In this document: positions 1-10,320 of the stretch, one piece after another
Position numbering within the stretch: the first letter of the stretch is position 1
Layout: the number at the start of each line of letters is the position of its first letter
Assembly (NCBI GenBank): GCA_965226795.1
Contig: CBDDDZ010000003.1
Coordinates: 416,001 to 480,000, forward strand
Origin: Candidatus Latescibacterota bacterium
Lineage (GTDB): Bacteria > Latescibacterota > UBA2968 > GCA-2709665
Direction of reading: 5' to 3'
Length of the DNA: 64,000 bases
Notes under the pieces: generated by a model
What the model saw: only the letters and a program-made list of their open reading frames with translations
Database searches by the model: none
What the model was told of the DNA's origin: nothing
Translations under genes and position numbers: made by a program

Positions 1-417
1 CCAGCTTTCGTCCTTCAAAATACCTACATAATTCAGGAATTTTTCGTACAACGGCGGTTCCGGGCGCTTGCCCGGGAACCACCTGGTGAACCATCGCAGG
101 TTCCACGGCGTATGAAGTAAGCGGAAGATGTCATTTGCGTGACGATCGAACGGCAATTTTCGGTCCAACTCTTCCTGGCTGACCGGTTCCGTCCAGTGGG
201 TCCAGACGTTCAGATAGCTTGAGAGCTTTTCTCTGGACCCGTCTACGTAAGCGTTTTTCAAATGCTTTATATGAAGCAGGCTACGCCTGTTAATCTCAAA
301 CTTCGTAAGTGACGAATCGGAGCAAGACGCCTCTGCTCGCGACTGTAAACCCGCTGAGAGTACGCCTATGATTACGAACACGAAAAATGCTCTGACTGTC
401 TTCTGAACCAGATACAT
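1..417 (-). CDS. Partial hypothetical secreted protein (runs off the window start)
   Basis: Manual translation from ATG at 417: MYLVQKTVRAFFVFVIIGVLSAGLQSRAEASCS..., open to position 1. Signal-peptide-like N-terminus with A-E-A cleavage motif. Not in the ORF track. Confidence 0.6.
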   Translation of the reverse strand, partial: MYLVQKTVRAFFVFVIIGVLSAGLQSRAEASCSDSSLTKFEINRRSLLHIKHLKNAYVDGSREKLSSYLNVWTHWTEPVSQEELDRKLPFDRHANDIFRLLHTPWNLRWFTRWFPGKRPEPPLYEKFLNYVGILKDESW

Positions 418-961
418 GGTAGTCACATTCCGGATGGGTCGTAGCGGGGCACGAGACATCTGCACCGATATGATGAATTCTGCAGAGTGTTATTTTCACC
501 GCGGGCTACCAGAAAACGACCCCCCCGACTACTCCGTCGCCGGAGAGAGCCCCTTGGGCGCTTGTCATCGGGGGGGAACCTTTTAGCCTTTACCGTAGCC
601 TTTTGGATTCAATGTAACGCTTTATTTTTCGCGATGCAATCTGCATTGCGTTTTCAGTACGAAGGGATTCCGTACGGTTAACCAAAGAAATGCAGACATC
701 CGGAAGGCCTTCTGTATGGCCGTAAACCGTCGAATGAATGTTGGTATCGGGTAAACAAAAGACCAAACCCGACTGCTCCGCCTGCGCTGAGAACCCCCAA
801 CCACCTGTTGTCGGGGAATCTTTTTGTCCCGGATGGAAGTTTACGGTATATTTAACACTTTCTGTTTCGACGTGCCATCCGTGGATGCCGCCGCTTCAAA
901 AGATAGCGGTTGTGCTGCCTGTCGGGCGGGGGCGATTGACACACGCTCCGACATCATTTGA

Positions 962-1242
962 CCTGCCTGCAGCAGGCAGGCGCCGCAGGAGATACTTCGT
1001 CAGCCTGGTGGCTTCCTCAGCATGACAGACCGGGCGAAGGTGTCACGGACGCATTTCGCGGATGATGTAAAGCCGACCTGTCATTCTGAGCGAAGTCGAG
1101 ACGCGGCTACCCTTCGACAAGCTCAGGGAACGGCTCACTGTACAGGTGCATTTCCGGGATGATTCCTCAACGGGAGCTTTTTTTCTGTCTCCTTTCCGGC
1201 AGAGGGATAGTGAGACGGGCAGACAGGAATGTCTGCCCCACC
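962..1242. repeat. Cluster of REP-like short palindromes
   Basis: CCTGCCTGC-A-GCAGGCAGG; CTCAGCATGACAG...CTGTCATTCTGAG inverted pair; CCTTCGACAAGCTCAGG; GGGCAGACA-GGAA-TGTCTGCCC hairpin. Confidence 0.6.
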
Positions 1243-1397
1243 TTCACACCGCCTTCCTCAGAGTGTGCGCGCACATGTGACGGATGCGTTTCCCTGATGA
1301 TTCAGCGGCGCATATTTTAGTCTTACCGTTTCAGTTGCGGCTGAGCACAGTGAAGCCGCCCCAGGGAACTTCGGAGAATTGGAGGGATGTCTTGACT

Positions 1398-2657
1398 ATG
1401 TCCGACCTGATAGCGCCCCATGGGGGGCTTTCTTCGCCGGTTTGCCGCATGGTTCCGGCAAACGAGAGGGACTCTTTTCTTGAGAACGCATCGAAGCTGA
1501 CCCCGGTTTCGGTCAGCGACGCCGATCTGTCCACGGTATACCGTTTTGGCGACGGCGGGCTGAGTCCGATCACCGGCCCGATGGACTCGGAGACCTACCA
1601 CAGGGTGCTTGACGAAAGTGTCATCGCTTACAACGGGAAGTTGTATGCCTGGACCATCCCGCTGGCGCTTCCGGTATCGAGCGACCTGGCCGGGCGACTC
1701 GAGGTCGGGCAGACGGTTGCCCTTGCGCGGCAGGACGGGCAAATTGTGGGCAGCCTGGACATCAGCGACGTCTTTCCCTGGGACAAGCAGGCGTATCTCA
1801 AAGGCGTCTACCTCACCGAGCGGACCGACCATCCGGGCGCGGATATGGTTTTGAACGGAGATGCGAACAAGACCCACCTCCTTGGAGGATCCATCAGGGT
1901 ATTGCCGCAACCGAAGCACCCTGCCTTCGGTCGCTATATGCACACACCCGTAGAGGTCCGCCGGCGCCTTTCCCATACGGGCTGGCAGAGGGTGGTTGCG
2001 TTTCAGACCCGAAACCCGCTGCACCGCGCCCACGAATATGCCCTGGTTTACGGACTGGAAACGCTGATTCGGCAGGGGATCAACGCTGGGGCCTGCCTGA
2101 ACCCCCTGGTCGGAGAAACCAAGTCCGACGACGTGAACGCGGAGATCCGGATGCGGACCTACGAAGCGCTGATCGAGGCTCGCGGCCTGGGAGAGGGGGA
2201 TAGCGATACCGGATTGTGGGAACCCAGGGGCGAGGCCGTGTCGGAACGGGTGATACTCATCGGGCTGGATATCAAAATGTTTTACGCCGGCCCCAAAGAG
2301 GCGGTCATGCACGCGATATACCGCCAGAACTTCGGCTTTACCGATATCATCATCGGCCGCAAACATGCCGACGCGCCCTATCACGACGGCAGTCCGATCT
2401 GGGGTGACTTCGACGCGCAGGAAGTGTTCCATCAACTGAGAGGAGACCTCGAGATCCGGCCCCTGAACGTGGGATTCGCGGCGTTCTACGAGTCGCTGGG
2501 ACGGGTGGATTTAATGGAGAACCATCCCAATGAACAACCGGTGTTCATCTCGGGAAAACAGGTGCGGGAGATGTTGCTGAGAGGGGAGGCGGCGGATCCG
2601 CGGATTATGAGGCCCGGCACCTCCCGGATTCTGAGCGAGGCCATGGCGAAAAGTTGA
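1398..2657 (+). CDS. sat: Sulfate adenylyltransferase (ATP sulfurylase)
   Basis: LIAPHGG start, [11 protein letters not shown] motif, [23 protein letters not shown] upstream of ATG 1398. Confidence 0.92.
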   Translation: MSDLIAPHGGLSSPVCRMVPANERDSFLENASKLTPVSVSDADLSTVYRFGDGGLSPITGPMDSETYHRVLDESVIAYNGKLYAWTIPLALPVSSDLAGRLEVGQTVALARQDGQIVGSLDISDVFPWDKQAYLKGVYLTERTDHPGADMVLNGDANKTHLLGGSIRVLPQPKHPAFGRYMHTPVEVRRRLSHTGWQRVVAFQTRNPLHRAHEYALVYGLETLIRQGINAGACLNPLVGETKSDDVNAEIRMRTYEALIEARGLGEGDSDTGLWEPRGEAVSERVILIGLDIKMFYAGPKEAVMHAIYRQNFGFTDIIIGRKHADAPYHDGSPIWGDFDAQEVFHQLRGDLEIRPLNVGFAAFYESLGRVDLMENHPNEQPVFISGKQVREMLLRGEAADPRIMRPGTSRILSEAMAKS

Positions 2658-2746
2658 GATCCGCGGATTGCGCATGGAACGGTGTGCGGGATGTGTCCGT
2701 AACCTGTCGCGCATCTCGTGCCGGCGCCGATTTCAAGGGAATGGCC

Positions 2747-2775
2747 TTGACATTGATAGGCTTATAGGATAAATT
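2747..2775 (+). promoter_or_regulatory. sigma70-type promoter for clpP
   Basis: TTGACA-N17-TAAATT. Confidence 0.55.
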
Positions 2776-2843
2776 GAGCGGGCTTTGGAAGCTGGCAAAC
2801 CAGTCCAAATTTCACGCGTAAAAAGCGGCAAGAAGGGGAATCA

Positions 2844-3470
2844 ATGCACGAGTTCCTGTTGAACGAGGATCCGGAGGAAGAAGAAGAGGAGGAGGAGGAA
2901 GCGCGGCCGGGCGGTCATGGCGGCGAGTTCATCGTCAGAAGCCTGATCAAGGCGCGCACCATTCTGATCTCCGATCCGATCGACCATAAATTGACAACGC
3001 GGGTGATTGCCCAGTTGTTGCTGATGGACAGCGCCGATCAGAATAAACCCATCACGATTTTGATCAACTCACCTGGCGGCAGCGCGGACGACGGATTCGC
3101 TATTTACGACATGATTCGCTTCATTCGTCCGCCGGTGAAAATTGTCAGTGTAGGATTGTCAGCCAGTGCGGCCACGGTGATTATGCTGGCCGCGGAAAAA
3201 GGGAGCCGGTTTGCGCTGCCGAATGCACGAATAATGATCCATCAGCCTTCGATGCGGTATATGGGTGTTGCGGAAGACGTAAAACGCACGGCGGAACAGA
3301 TTCTCAAACTTCGAGCGCGGATCAACGAACTGTATGCCCGGGAAACCGGGCAACCACTGGACAAAGTGGTTGAAGATACGGATCGGGACTACTGGTTGTC
3401 CGCGCAGGAAGCGGTGGAATACGGTCTGATCAGCAAGGTGGTTGCGCATTTCGACGAACTTGAAGCGTAG
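2844..3470 (+). CDS. clpP: ATP-dependent Clp protease proteolytic subunit
   Basis: INSPGG, GLSASAA (Ser), MIHQP (His), DRDYWL (Asp). Confidence 0.93.
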   Translation: MHEFLLNEDPEEEEEEEEEARPGGHGGEFIVRSLIKARTILISDPIDHKLTTRVIAQLLLMDSADQNKPITILINSPGGSADDGFAIYDMIRFIRPPVKIVSVGLSASAATVIMLAAEKGSRFALPNARIMIHQPSMRYMGVAEDVKRTAEQILKLRARINELYARETGQPLDKVVEDTDRDYWLSAQEAVEYGLISKVVAHFDELEA

Positions 3471-3586
3471 TGGCGCGATGGTTTTCGCGATTCGGCAGGG
3501 GCACAGATCTTCGTGCCCCTGCTTAGTTTAATTGGGCAGCGGCACCGTACCATGTGCCGCTGCCCAATTTGAATTGAAAGCCCCCA

Positions 3587-4618
3587 ATGTCCCGAGCCGA
3601 CCGTTTCTTGAAAGCCTGTCGCCGGCAGCCAGTTGACGTGACGCCGGTCTGGCTGATGCGCCAGGCGGGCCGGTACATGCCCGAATATCGGAAGCTGAAG
3701 GAAAATTACGCCTTTCTGGAGATGGTGAAGACGCCGGATATCGCCACCGAGATCACGTTGCAGCCCGTCGATGCCTTCAATGTGGACGCGGCCATTGTTT
3801 TCCAGGATATTCTGCCGATCCTGGAGCCGATGGGCCTGCAACTGGAGTACGTCGGGGGCGAGGGGCCCGTGATTCACAACCCGGTCCGGACGCGCGCGGA
3901 CGTGGACGCCCTGACCATACGTCCCGCCGCGGAAGCCATGGACTTCGCCGCGGCGGCCATCCGCCAGGTCCGGCGAGCGCTGGACGGCAGGGTTCCGCTC
4001 ATCGGGTTTTCCGGGGCTCCGTTTACGCTGGTCTGCTATGCGGTGGAAGGCGGCGCTTCACGCGACTACCGGCTTGCGAAGGGCCTTATGTACGAACAGC
4101 CGGAGACCTGGCGGCGCCTGATGGAAAAAATGTCCACGGCCGTAGGGGACTATCTTCAGGCCCAGGCGGCGGCCGGGGCCCAGGCGCTGCAGTTGTTCGA
4201 CAGTTGGGCGGGAGTGTTGAGCCCTGCGGATTACAAGGAATACGTGTTGCCGCACACCCGGCGGGCGATTGAGACGGTCAGGGCGAAGCACGACGTGCCG
4301 GTGATCCATTTCGGTACGGGCACATCCGGTATTCTGCCGCTCCTGAAACGGGCGGGCGGGGACGTGATCGGGGTGGACTGGCGGATCGAACTCGACCAGG
4401 CATGGAATCGGTTGGGGTCGGACGTGGCGGTGCAGGGTAATCTTGATCCGGCGGTACTGTTTGCGCCCGTGCCGGTAATCGAGAGGCAGGCAGGCCGGAT
4501 CCTGGATCGTGTCCGGGGGCGGCCCGGGCATATATTCAACCTCGGCCACGGCATCCTGCAGCACACGCCGGTAGCGCACGTGGCCGCCCTGGTCGATTTC
4601 GTACACGCCTGCGGATAA
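3587..4618 (+). CDS. hemE: Uroporphyrinogen decarboxylase
   Basis: [37 protein letters not shown]. Confidence 0.97.
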   Translation: MSRADRFLKACRRQPVDVTPVWLMRQAGRYMPEYRKLKENYAFLEMVKTPDIATEITLQPVDAFNVDAAIVFQDILPILEPMGLQLEYVGGEGPVIHNPVRTRADVDALTIRPAAEAMDFAAAAIRQVRRALDGRVPLIGFSGAPFTLVCYAVEGGASRDYRLAKGLMYEQPETWRRLMEKMSTAVGDYLQAQAAAGAQALQLFDSWAGVLSPADYKEYVLPHTRRAIETVRAKHDVPVIHFGTGTSGILPLLKRAGGDVIGVDWRIELDQAWNRLGSDVAVQGNLDPAVLFAPVPVIERQAGRILDRVRGRPGHIFNLGHGILQHTPVAHVAALVDFVHACG

Positions 4619-4624
4619 GTGACA

Positions 4625-5542
4625 ATGAAGAAAAAAGCCGTGTTGATGCTCGCCTACGGCAGTCCGGATTCGCTGGACGACATGGAAGCGTACCTGAACG
4701 ATATCCGGGGCGGGCGGCCGATGTCCCGGGAATTCGTGGCGGAATTCAAGAGCCGGTACGCGCAGATCGGCGGCAGGTCTCCGCTCAACGAAAACACCTT
4801 TAAACAGGCGCAATGTGCGGAGCGGGCCTTGAAGGCTCGCGGACATGATGTGCGCGTCTACGTGGGAATGCGGCACTGGTCTCCCTGGATTAATGACACG
4901 GTACGTCGGATGTCCGAGGATGGCGTGGAAGAGGCAGTTGCCATTGTCATGGCCCCGCACTACTCCCGTCTGAGTATCGGTAAGTACCGGGAGGCCGTGA
5001 ATCGCGCACAGGAATCGGCAGGAAGCAGGATTCTGTTTTCCTTCGTGGATTCCTGGTGGCGGCAACCCGCGTTGCTGGATGCACAGGAGGCTCACGTGCG
5101 GGCCGGGCTGGAATCGTTCTGCCGGGAAGATCGAAATGCCGTGAAAATCGTATTTACGGCCCATAGCCTGCCGGACCGGCTGTTGAAGATGGGCGATCCC
5201 TACGACGACGAACTGAAGGGCAACGCGAGCGCCGTGGCGGAACGCCTTGGCGAAGTGGACTGGATGTTTTCCTATCAGAGCGCCGCTCACACGGGAGAGC
5301 CATGGCTGGGTCCTCAAATCGAAGACGTGATCCCGGATCTGGCCGGTGAAGGATGCCGGCACGTGCTTGTGGCGCCCATCGGGTTTGTATGCGACCACGT
5401 GGAGATTCTGTACGATATCGATATCGGGGTTCAGAAAATCGCGAGGTCGCGGGGGGTGAACGTGAAGCGCATCGCGTCCATGAACAGCGAACCCGCGTTC
5501 ATCGAAGCGGTGGTCGATGCGGTGGAAGAGGAGCTGAATTAG
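4625..5542 (+). CDS. hemH: Ferrochelatase (HemH/CpfC family)
   Basis: LMLAYGSP, IGGRSPL, FTAHSLP, YQS..EPWLGP, GFVCDHVEILYDID. Confidence 0.95.
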   Translation: MKKKAVLMLAYGSPDSLDDMEAYLNDIRGGRPMSREFVAEFKSRYAQIGGRSPLNENTFKQAQCAERALKARGHDVRVYVGMRHWSPWINDTVRRMSEDGVEEAVAIVMAPHYSRLSIGKYREAVNRAQESAGSRILFSFVDSWWRQPALLDAQEAHVRAGLESFCREDRNAVKIVFTAHSLPDRLLKMGDPYDDELKGNASAVAERLGEVDWMFSYQSAAHTGEPWLGPQIEDVIPDLAGEGCRHVLVAPIGFVCDHVEILYDIDIGVQKIARSRGVNVKRIASMNSEPAFIEAVVDAVEEELN

Positions 5543-5580
5543 ACACCCACCGACTCCCGGTGCCGCTTTGAGGTGTTGAT

Positions 5581-6975
5581 ATGCATGTGACCATAGCTGG
5601 CGGGGGAATTGCCGGGTTGGCAACGGCCTACTATCTGCAGGAGAAGGCCGAAGCGAACGGGGTGGAGGTGGATTATTCGCTGGTGGAGGCCACGGAGCGA
5701 TGGGGCGGGGAAATCGTGACGGAGCGAATCAACGGGTTCACCATCGAAGGTGGACCCGATTTGCTTTTGACGCGTAAACCCTGGGGCATCGGGCTCTGCC
5801 TGGATCTGGGGCTGGAGGATCGTCTGATTGCGCCCAACGAGGAACGGCGGAAGACCTTCCTGGTACAGGGGCGAAAATTGGTTCCGTTTCCCGAAGACTT
5901 CACGCTGGTACCGGCAGGGTTCATGTCCGTTGCCCGCTCCCCGCTCTTCTCCATCCGAGGCAAGCTGCGGATGGGGTTGGAGAGGCTTGTCCCACCCAGG
6001 AGAAGGACGGACGACGAAAGTCTGGCGTCGTTTGTCCGGCGGCGGCTGGGGCAGGAGGCCCTGGATAAGATCGGGGGGCCGATGCTGGCGGGCATCCACG
6101 GGGCGGACCCGGAGCGGCTGAGCCTGCTGGCCACGTTTCCGCAGTTTGCCGATATGGAGCGCAAATACGGCAGCCTGATCAGAGCGGTGCGGGCCGGCCG
6201 GAAACACCGTACGGCTTCAGGTGCTGGCGGACAGGCGCCGCCCATGTTCCAGACCCTGGTCGGCGGGCTCGGAGAACTGGTCGAGACGCTCGTGAAGCGA
6301 TTGCGGGGCGACCTGCGCGTGAACTGCCCGGTAACGGGCCTGACGAGGCTCGAGCGTGGATTCGAGGTTTCGCTGGGTGGGGACGTGCTGAAAACCGATG
6401 TCGTGGTCTTGGCCGCGCCCGCATCTGCAGTGGCCGATCTGCTGGTCGCTATCGCGCCCCGGCTGTCGGCCGAACTCCGGCGGATCCGTTACGTGTCCTC
6501 CGGGACGGTGGCGCTGGCTTACCGAAAGGCGGATGTTCTACCTCAGCATGACCTTGACGGGTTCGGATTCCTGGTTCCCAGATCGGAGGGTCGCCGAATA
6601 ACGGGATGCACATGGGTGTCATCCAAGCTGGGCCACCGGGCGCCCGATGACGGGATGTTAATCAGGGGATTCGTCGGTGGTGACGCGCGGGAAGAGGTCG
6701 TTGAGATGCCCGACGAGATGCTTGTGCAGGCTGTGAGGGAAGATCTTGCACACGTGATGGGGCTGACCGCGGCGCCGTTGTTCTCCCGGATTCACCGCTG
6801 GCGGAAGGGCAGGCCGCAGTTCGACGTGGGACACCTGAACCGGGTTGCGAAGATGGAATCGCTTGCCGATGAACATCCGGGCCTGTACCTGACCGGCAGC
6901 GCCTATCGCGGGTCTTCTGTGCCCGACTGCATCAGACAGGCACTGGAAACCGCAGACCGGATTCTGGGTCTGTAA
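5581..6975 (+). CDS. hemY: HemY-type FAD-dependent proto/coproporphyrinogen oxidase
   Basis: GGGIAGL dinucleotide motif, [18 protein letters not shown]. Follows hemE-hemH. Confidence 0.9.
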   Translation: MHVTIAGGGIAGLATAYYLQEKAEANGVEVDYSLVEATERWGGEIVTERINGFTIEGGPDLLLTRKPWGIGLCLDLGLEDRLIAPNEERRKTFLVQGRKLVPFPEDFTLVPAGFMSVARSPLFSIRGKLRMGLERLVPPRRRTDDESLASFVRRRLGQEALDKIGGPMLAGIHGADPERLSLLATFPQFADMERKYGSLIRAVRAGRKHRTASGAGGQAPPMFQTLVGGLGELVETLVKRLRGDLRVNCPVTGLTRLERGFEVSLGGDVLKTDVVVLAAPASAVADLLVAIAPRLSAELRRIRYVSSGTVALAYRKADVLPQHDLDGFGFLVPRSEGRRITGCTWVSSKLGHRAPDDGMLIRGFVGGDAREEVVEMPDEMLVQAVREDLAHVMGLTAAPLFSRIHRWRKGRPQFDVGHLNRVAKMESLADEHPGLYLTGSAYRGSSVPDCIRQALETADRILGL

Positions 6976-7007
6976 CGCCCGGCGGTACGCGGTCGACTCT
7001 GCGAGCG

Positions 7008-7048
7008 ATGGAAAAGGAGGGCGAGAGAATCTCGCCCTCCTTTTCCAT
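7008..7048. terminator. Bidirectional hairpin terminator between hemY and serS
   Basis: Perfect 19-bp stem ATGGAAAAGGAGGGCGAGA-gaa-TCTCGCCCTCCTTTTCCAT between convergent genes. Confidence 0.8.
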
Positions 7049-7128
7049 TCGGCAATTCAACGGTTGATAATGGGATCGCGCGCCAATCCCGCCCAGGTTC
7101 AATGGAAATACCCGGGCGGATTGGCGCT

Positions 7129-8415
7129 TCAGACTACGGGTTCCAGGATTTCCTGGCCGCCCATATACGGGCGAAGTACTTCCGGAATAACCGCGGAGCC
7201 GTCAGGCCGCTGGCTCTGCTCGACAATGGCGGGAATCAGACGGCTGGTCGCCAGGCCCGAGGCGTTGAGCGTATGCACGAATTCATTCCGGCCGGTTTCG
7301 GCGCGCTTGAACCGGATGCGGCCGCGCCGTGCCTGGTAGTCTTGCGCATTGGATGCCGAACTGACTTCCTTGTATTCCCCCATGCTCGGAATCCAGATCT
7401 CGATGTCGTACGTCTTTGCCATGGCGGCGCTGGCATCCTGGGCAGCCAGCCTGGAAACGCGGTGATGCAACTCCAGACCCTGAACCAGTCCTTCGGCTTT
7501 TGCGATCAGTTCTTCCAGGGCCCGGTCGGAGTCTTCGGGACGCGTGAACTGGAAGAGTTCGACCTTGTTGAACTGGTGCCCTCTAATCATCCCGCGTTCC
7601 TGGGCGCGGTAACTGCCGGCCTCTTTGCGGTAGCAGGGCGTATAGGAAAAGTATTTCCGGGGCAGGTCCGATTCGGAAAGGATTTCGTCCCGATGGAAGT
7701 TGATCAATGCGGTCTCCGACGTAGGCAACAGGAACCGCGACTCCTTTTCGCTTTCCGACTTCAAATGAAACACATCGTCAGCGAATTTGGGAAACTGCCC
7801 CGCCGTGTAACCGCATTCGTAGGTGAGCAGATGGGGCGGTAGCACAAATTCGTAACCGTCCCCAAGGTGCGTTTCGACAAAGTAGTTCAGGAGCGCCCAC
7901 TCCAGGCGGGCGCCCGCGCCCCGGTAGAGCCAGAAGCCGGCGCCGCCCATTTTGACGCCGCGCTCGTAGTCGACCAGCCCCAACGAGGTGACAAGGTCGA
8001 CGTGATCTCTGGCCCCTTCGCGCAACTCGGGCTTCTCGCCCCAGGTCCGAACGACCTCGTTGTTTTCCTTCCCTCCCGCGGGCACGTCGTCCGCCGGAAT
8101 ATTGGGGAGTTCCTCGAGAAAGCTCTGGATACGGCGTTCAAATTCCGACCGTTCCGCCTCAAGGGTTCGGATGTCCCCGGAAACCGTCTTCATTTCATTC
8201 TGGATATCGGCCGTGTCCCGGCCCGCCTTCCTCATCTGTGGAATTTGCGCGGAGACCCTGTTTCTTCTTTCCCGCAGGCCCCCTATTCTTGCGATGAGGG
8301 CCCTCCGGTTCTCATCCCACAGGAGCAAATCCGCAAAATCAACCGCATCCATACGTTTCAACAGCGCCTGCCTGATGCCCCGGGGATCCTTCCGAATACG
8401 GTTCAGATCCAGCAT
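7129..8415 (-). CDS. serS: Serine--tRNA ligase
   Basis: MLDLNRIR start, LLPTSE, CYRKEAG, HQFNKVEL, EVSSAS, HTLNASGLA. Confidence 0.97.
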   Translation of the reverse strand: MLDLNRIRKDPRGIRQALLKRMDAVDFADLLLWDENRRALIARIGGLRERRNRVSAQIPQMRKAGRDTADIQNEMKTVSGDIRTLEAERSEFERRIQSFLEELPNIPADDVPAGGKENNEVVRTWGEKPELREGARDHVDLVTSLGLVDYERGVKMGGAGFWLYRGAGARLEWALLNYFVETHLGDGYEFVLPPHLLTYECGYTAGQFPKFADDVFHLKSESEKESRFLLPTSETALINFHRDEILSESDLPRKYFSYTPCYRKEAGSYRAQERGMIRGHQFNKVELFQFTRPEDSDRALEELIAKAEGLVQGLELHHRVSRLAAQDASAAMAKTYDIEIWIPSMGEYKEVSSASNAQDYQARRGRIRFKRAETGRNEFVHTLNASGLATSRLIPAIVEQSQRPDGSAVIPEVLRPYMGGQEILEPVV

Positions 8416-8536
8416 ATAGATACCGCCTCCCGCCTCCAATACATCAACCGGGTGAGTCCGGTGAGATCCTTCCGGCTGAACGGATGGTCAGGGTTCATAT
8501 AGTGTCCAGTCCCAGAAATATGTTACCATCCATCCG

Positions 8537-8569
8537 CCTGTCTGCGTGCAGGTCTTCCGCACAGGCAGG
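8537..8569. repeat. REP-like hairpin, CCTGTCTGCGTGC..CGCACAGGCAGG family
   Basis: Same arms found inverted at 57575-57610. Confidence 0.55.
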
Positions 8570-8766
8570 CCGAATTTCGGCAATCTATTTCCGGGACAGA
8601 ACACTAGCCCGCTTCGGTGTACGGGCGGATTTCACCAGATTTTTCACACTGTGTGGCGTAATTGAACACATTTTTTCGTGTCTGACGAATTCCTGCTTTC
8701 AGCCTGTGCCCCGAAAACGCCCCTAAACACTTAAAAAATAAAAACCGGAGCACTCATTCAGATTTA

Positions 8767-8782
8767 TGGCACGATATTCGCT
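8767..8782 (+). promoter_or_regulatory. sigma54 (-24/-12) promoter
   Basis: TGGCACGATATTCGCT: TGGCACG with exact GG-N10-GC spacing. Confidence 0.7.
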
Positions 8783-8845
8783 CTAGTATTGGGGGTTCAT
8801 ACTTACCGATGTCTTTCTGTCACCCCTTTACCTACGAGGCCCGAA

Positions 8846-9016
8846 ATGGTTCTCAAAACAGCACTGAATCCGCGCAACCGCCTTGCTTTTATGGCGCTTT
8901 ATTATGCGATCCGTGGAAACGAGGAGCGATCTGAGCAACTGCGTCGTGTGGTACGCCGTCACGATCAGGCCCTGATGGGCCGCCCGCAGTTCCACGGGTT
9001 GCCGGTGGCCTTTTGA
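8846..9016 (+). CDS. Small hypothetical protein (56 aa)
   Basis: GAGG RBS at 8836, downstream of the sigma54 motif, fills an intergenic gap. Confidence 0.55.
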   Translation: MVLKTALNPRNRLAFMALYYAIRGNEERSEQLRRVVRRHDQALMGRPQFHGLPVAF

Positions 9017-9118
9017 GCCGGGGGTCAGGCGCCGGTGGCACATCTTAAACGACAGGCCATGAATCATGGTCTGTCGTTTTTAATTTCTTCCCGAATCCCG
9101 GCCTCGTCTTTGCTGGCA

Positions 9119-10099
9119 CTACGTCAGGATTTTTCGGATGTTGAATTTCTCGAGGGGAAGTGTCTGCCGCGTGATCATATCCGCCAGGAGGCCGGTGCAC
9201 ACGAATTGAACGCCCAACACGGACAGCAGGATTCCCAGGAAAAGAAGCGGATGTCGGTTCTGAATGGTTCCCGTGCGAAACCAGAGCAGAGCAATAAAGC
9301 CGTTGACAGCAACGCCGAGTGCGCTCAACACGATTCCGATGGTTCCGAACAGGTGTAACGGACGCCCGATGTACCGTCCCAGGTACATAACGGTAAGCAG
9401 ATCGAGGAAACCCTTGAGCAGACGCGCCCATCCGTACTTGGACGCGCCGAAGCGACGGGGATGGTGCTGTACGACGATTTCGTCGATACGGTAGCCTTCC
9501 AGGTGGGCGAGAACGGGAATGTACCGATGGAGTTCTCCGTATATCTTGATGTCACGCACCACTTCGCTGCGGAAGGCTTTAAGACCGCAGTTGAAGTCAT
9601 GGATCGGAATGCCCGAAAGCCGGCCGGTGATCCAGTTGAACAACCTGGACGGGATGGTCTTTCTGAGGGGATCGAAGCGCTTCTTCTTCCACCCGGATAC
9701 CAGGTCGAGGCCGCTGTCGATTTTTTCGATCAGGCGGGGGATTTCCGCCGGATCGTCCTGAAGGTCGGCATCCATGGTGATGATCGTCCGGCCCACCGCC
9801 ATGTCGAATCCCGCGGCGTACGCCGCGGCTTTACCGAAGTTGCGGCGGAACTGAATGACCTTGACTTCGTCGTGGGCGTCGTGAAGTTTCTCCAGAACCC
9901 TCATGGAGCCATCGGTACTGCCATCGTCTATGAAAATGGTCTCGAAACGAAACCCGGAAACCGCCATTATCTCCCGGACCCGTTCCATCAGAGGACGAAG
10001 GCTGTCCGCTTCGTTCAGGAGCGGGATGACGATGGAGACATCAACCGTTCCGCCGGTTGGGGTATCGGGTTCGGCCGGAGGTTCGCTTTGGATATCCAT
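9119..10099 (-). CDS. GT2 glycosyltransferase (polyprenol-phosphate/ArnC-like) with two C-terminal TM helices
   Basis: IVIPLLNE, DDGSTD, RNFGKA, MDADLQDDP, HDFNCGLKAFR. Confidence 0.9.
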   Translation of the reverse strand: MDIQSEPPAEPDTPTGGTVDVSIVIPLLNEADSLRPLMERVREIMAVSGFRFETIFIDDGSTDGSMRVLEKLHDAHDEVKVIQFRRNFGKAAAYAAGFDMAVGRTIITMDADLQDDPAEIPRLIEKIDSGLDLVSGWKKKRFDPLRKTIPSRLFNWITGRLSGIPIHDFNCGLKAFRSEVVRDIKIYGELHRYIPVLAHLEGYRIDEIVVQHHPRRFGASKYGWARLLKGFLDLLTVMYLGRYIGRPLHLFGTIGIVLSALGVAVNGFIALLWFRTGTIQNRHPLLFLGILLSVLGVQFVCTGLLADMITRQTLPLEKFNIRKILT

Positions 10100-10320
10100 A
10101 GTTTAAAACCGGCGATCAACGATCTTAAATTGGCCCCTCCCGTTAACCCCCGGGCGAGAGCCTGCAGAATAGGGGAAGAGAGGCCGCGTCTGCCTCTCGC
10201 GTGTAACCTTTCCCGTCTTGCGGCTCCTCAAGATAGCAAAGAAGGACCCGGTTTTCAAGTCCTGTGTCGCCGCTTTGCGGGTTACGGCACGCCTGGAGGT
10301 TCCATTGGAATGCAGGAACG

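Noticed and set aside
420..1397. SAM or other riboswitch upstream of sat, including the C7/G7 stem at about 520-576
   Set aside because: No SAM-I/II consensus seen; the hairpins cannot be assigned without an Rfam search.
4058..5623. Long antisense ORFs (also 1323-2435, 39336-40886, 41039-42670, 51501-52862, 57899-59650)
   Set aside because: Shadows of well-supported genes on the opposite strand, expected with high GC3; no motifs.
8403..8498. Short upstream ORF overlapping the serS start as a leader peptide
   Set aside because: Not Ser-rich and no attenuator or T-box structure seen.
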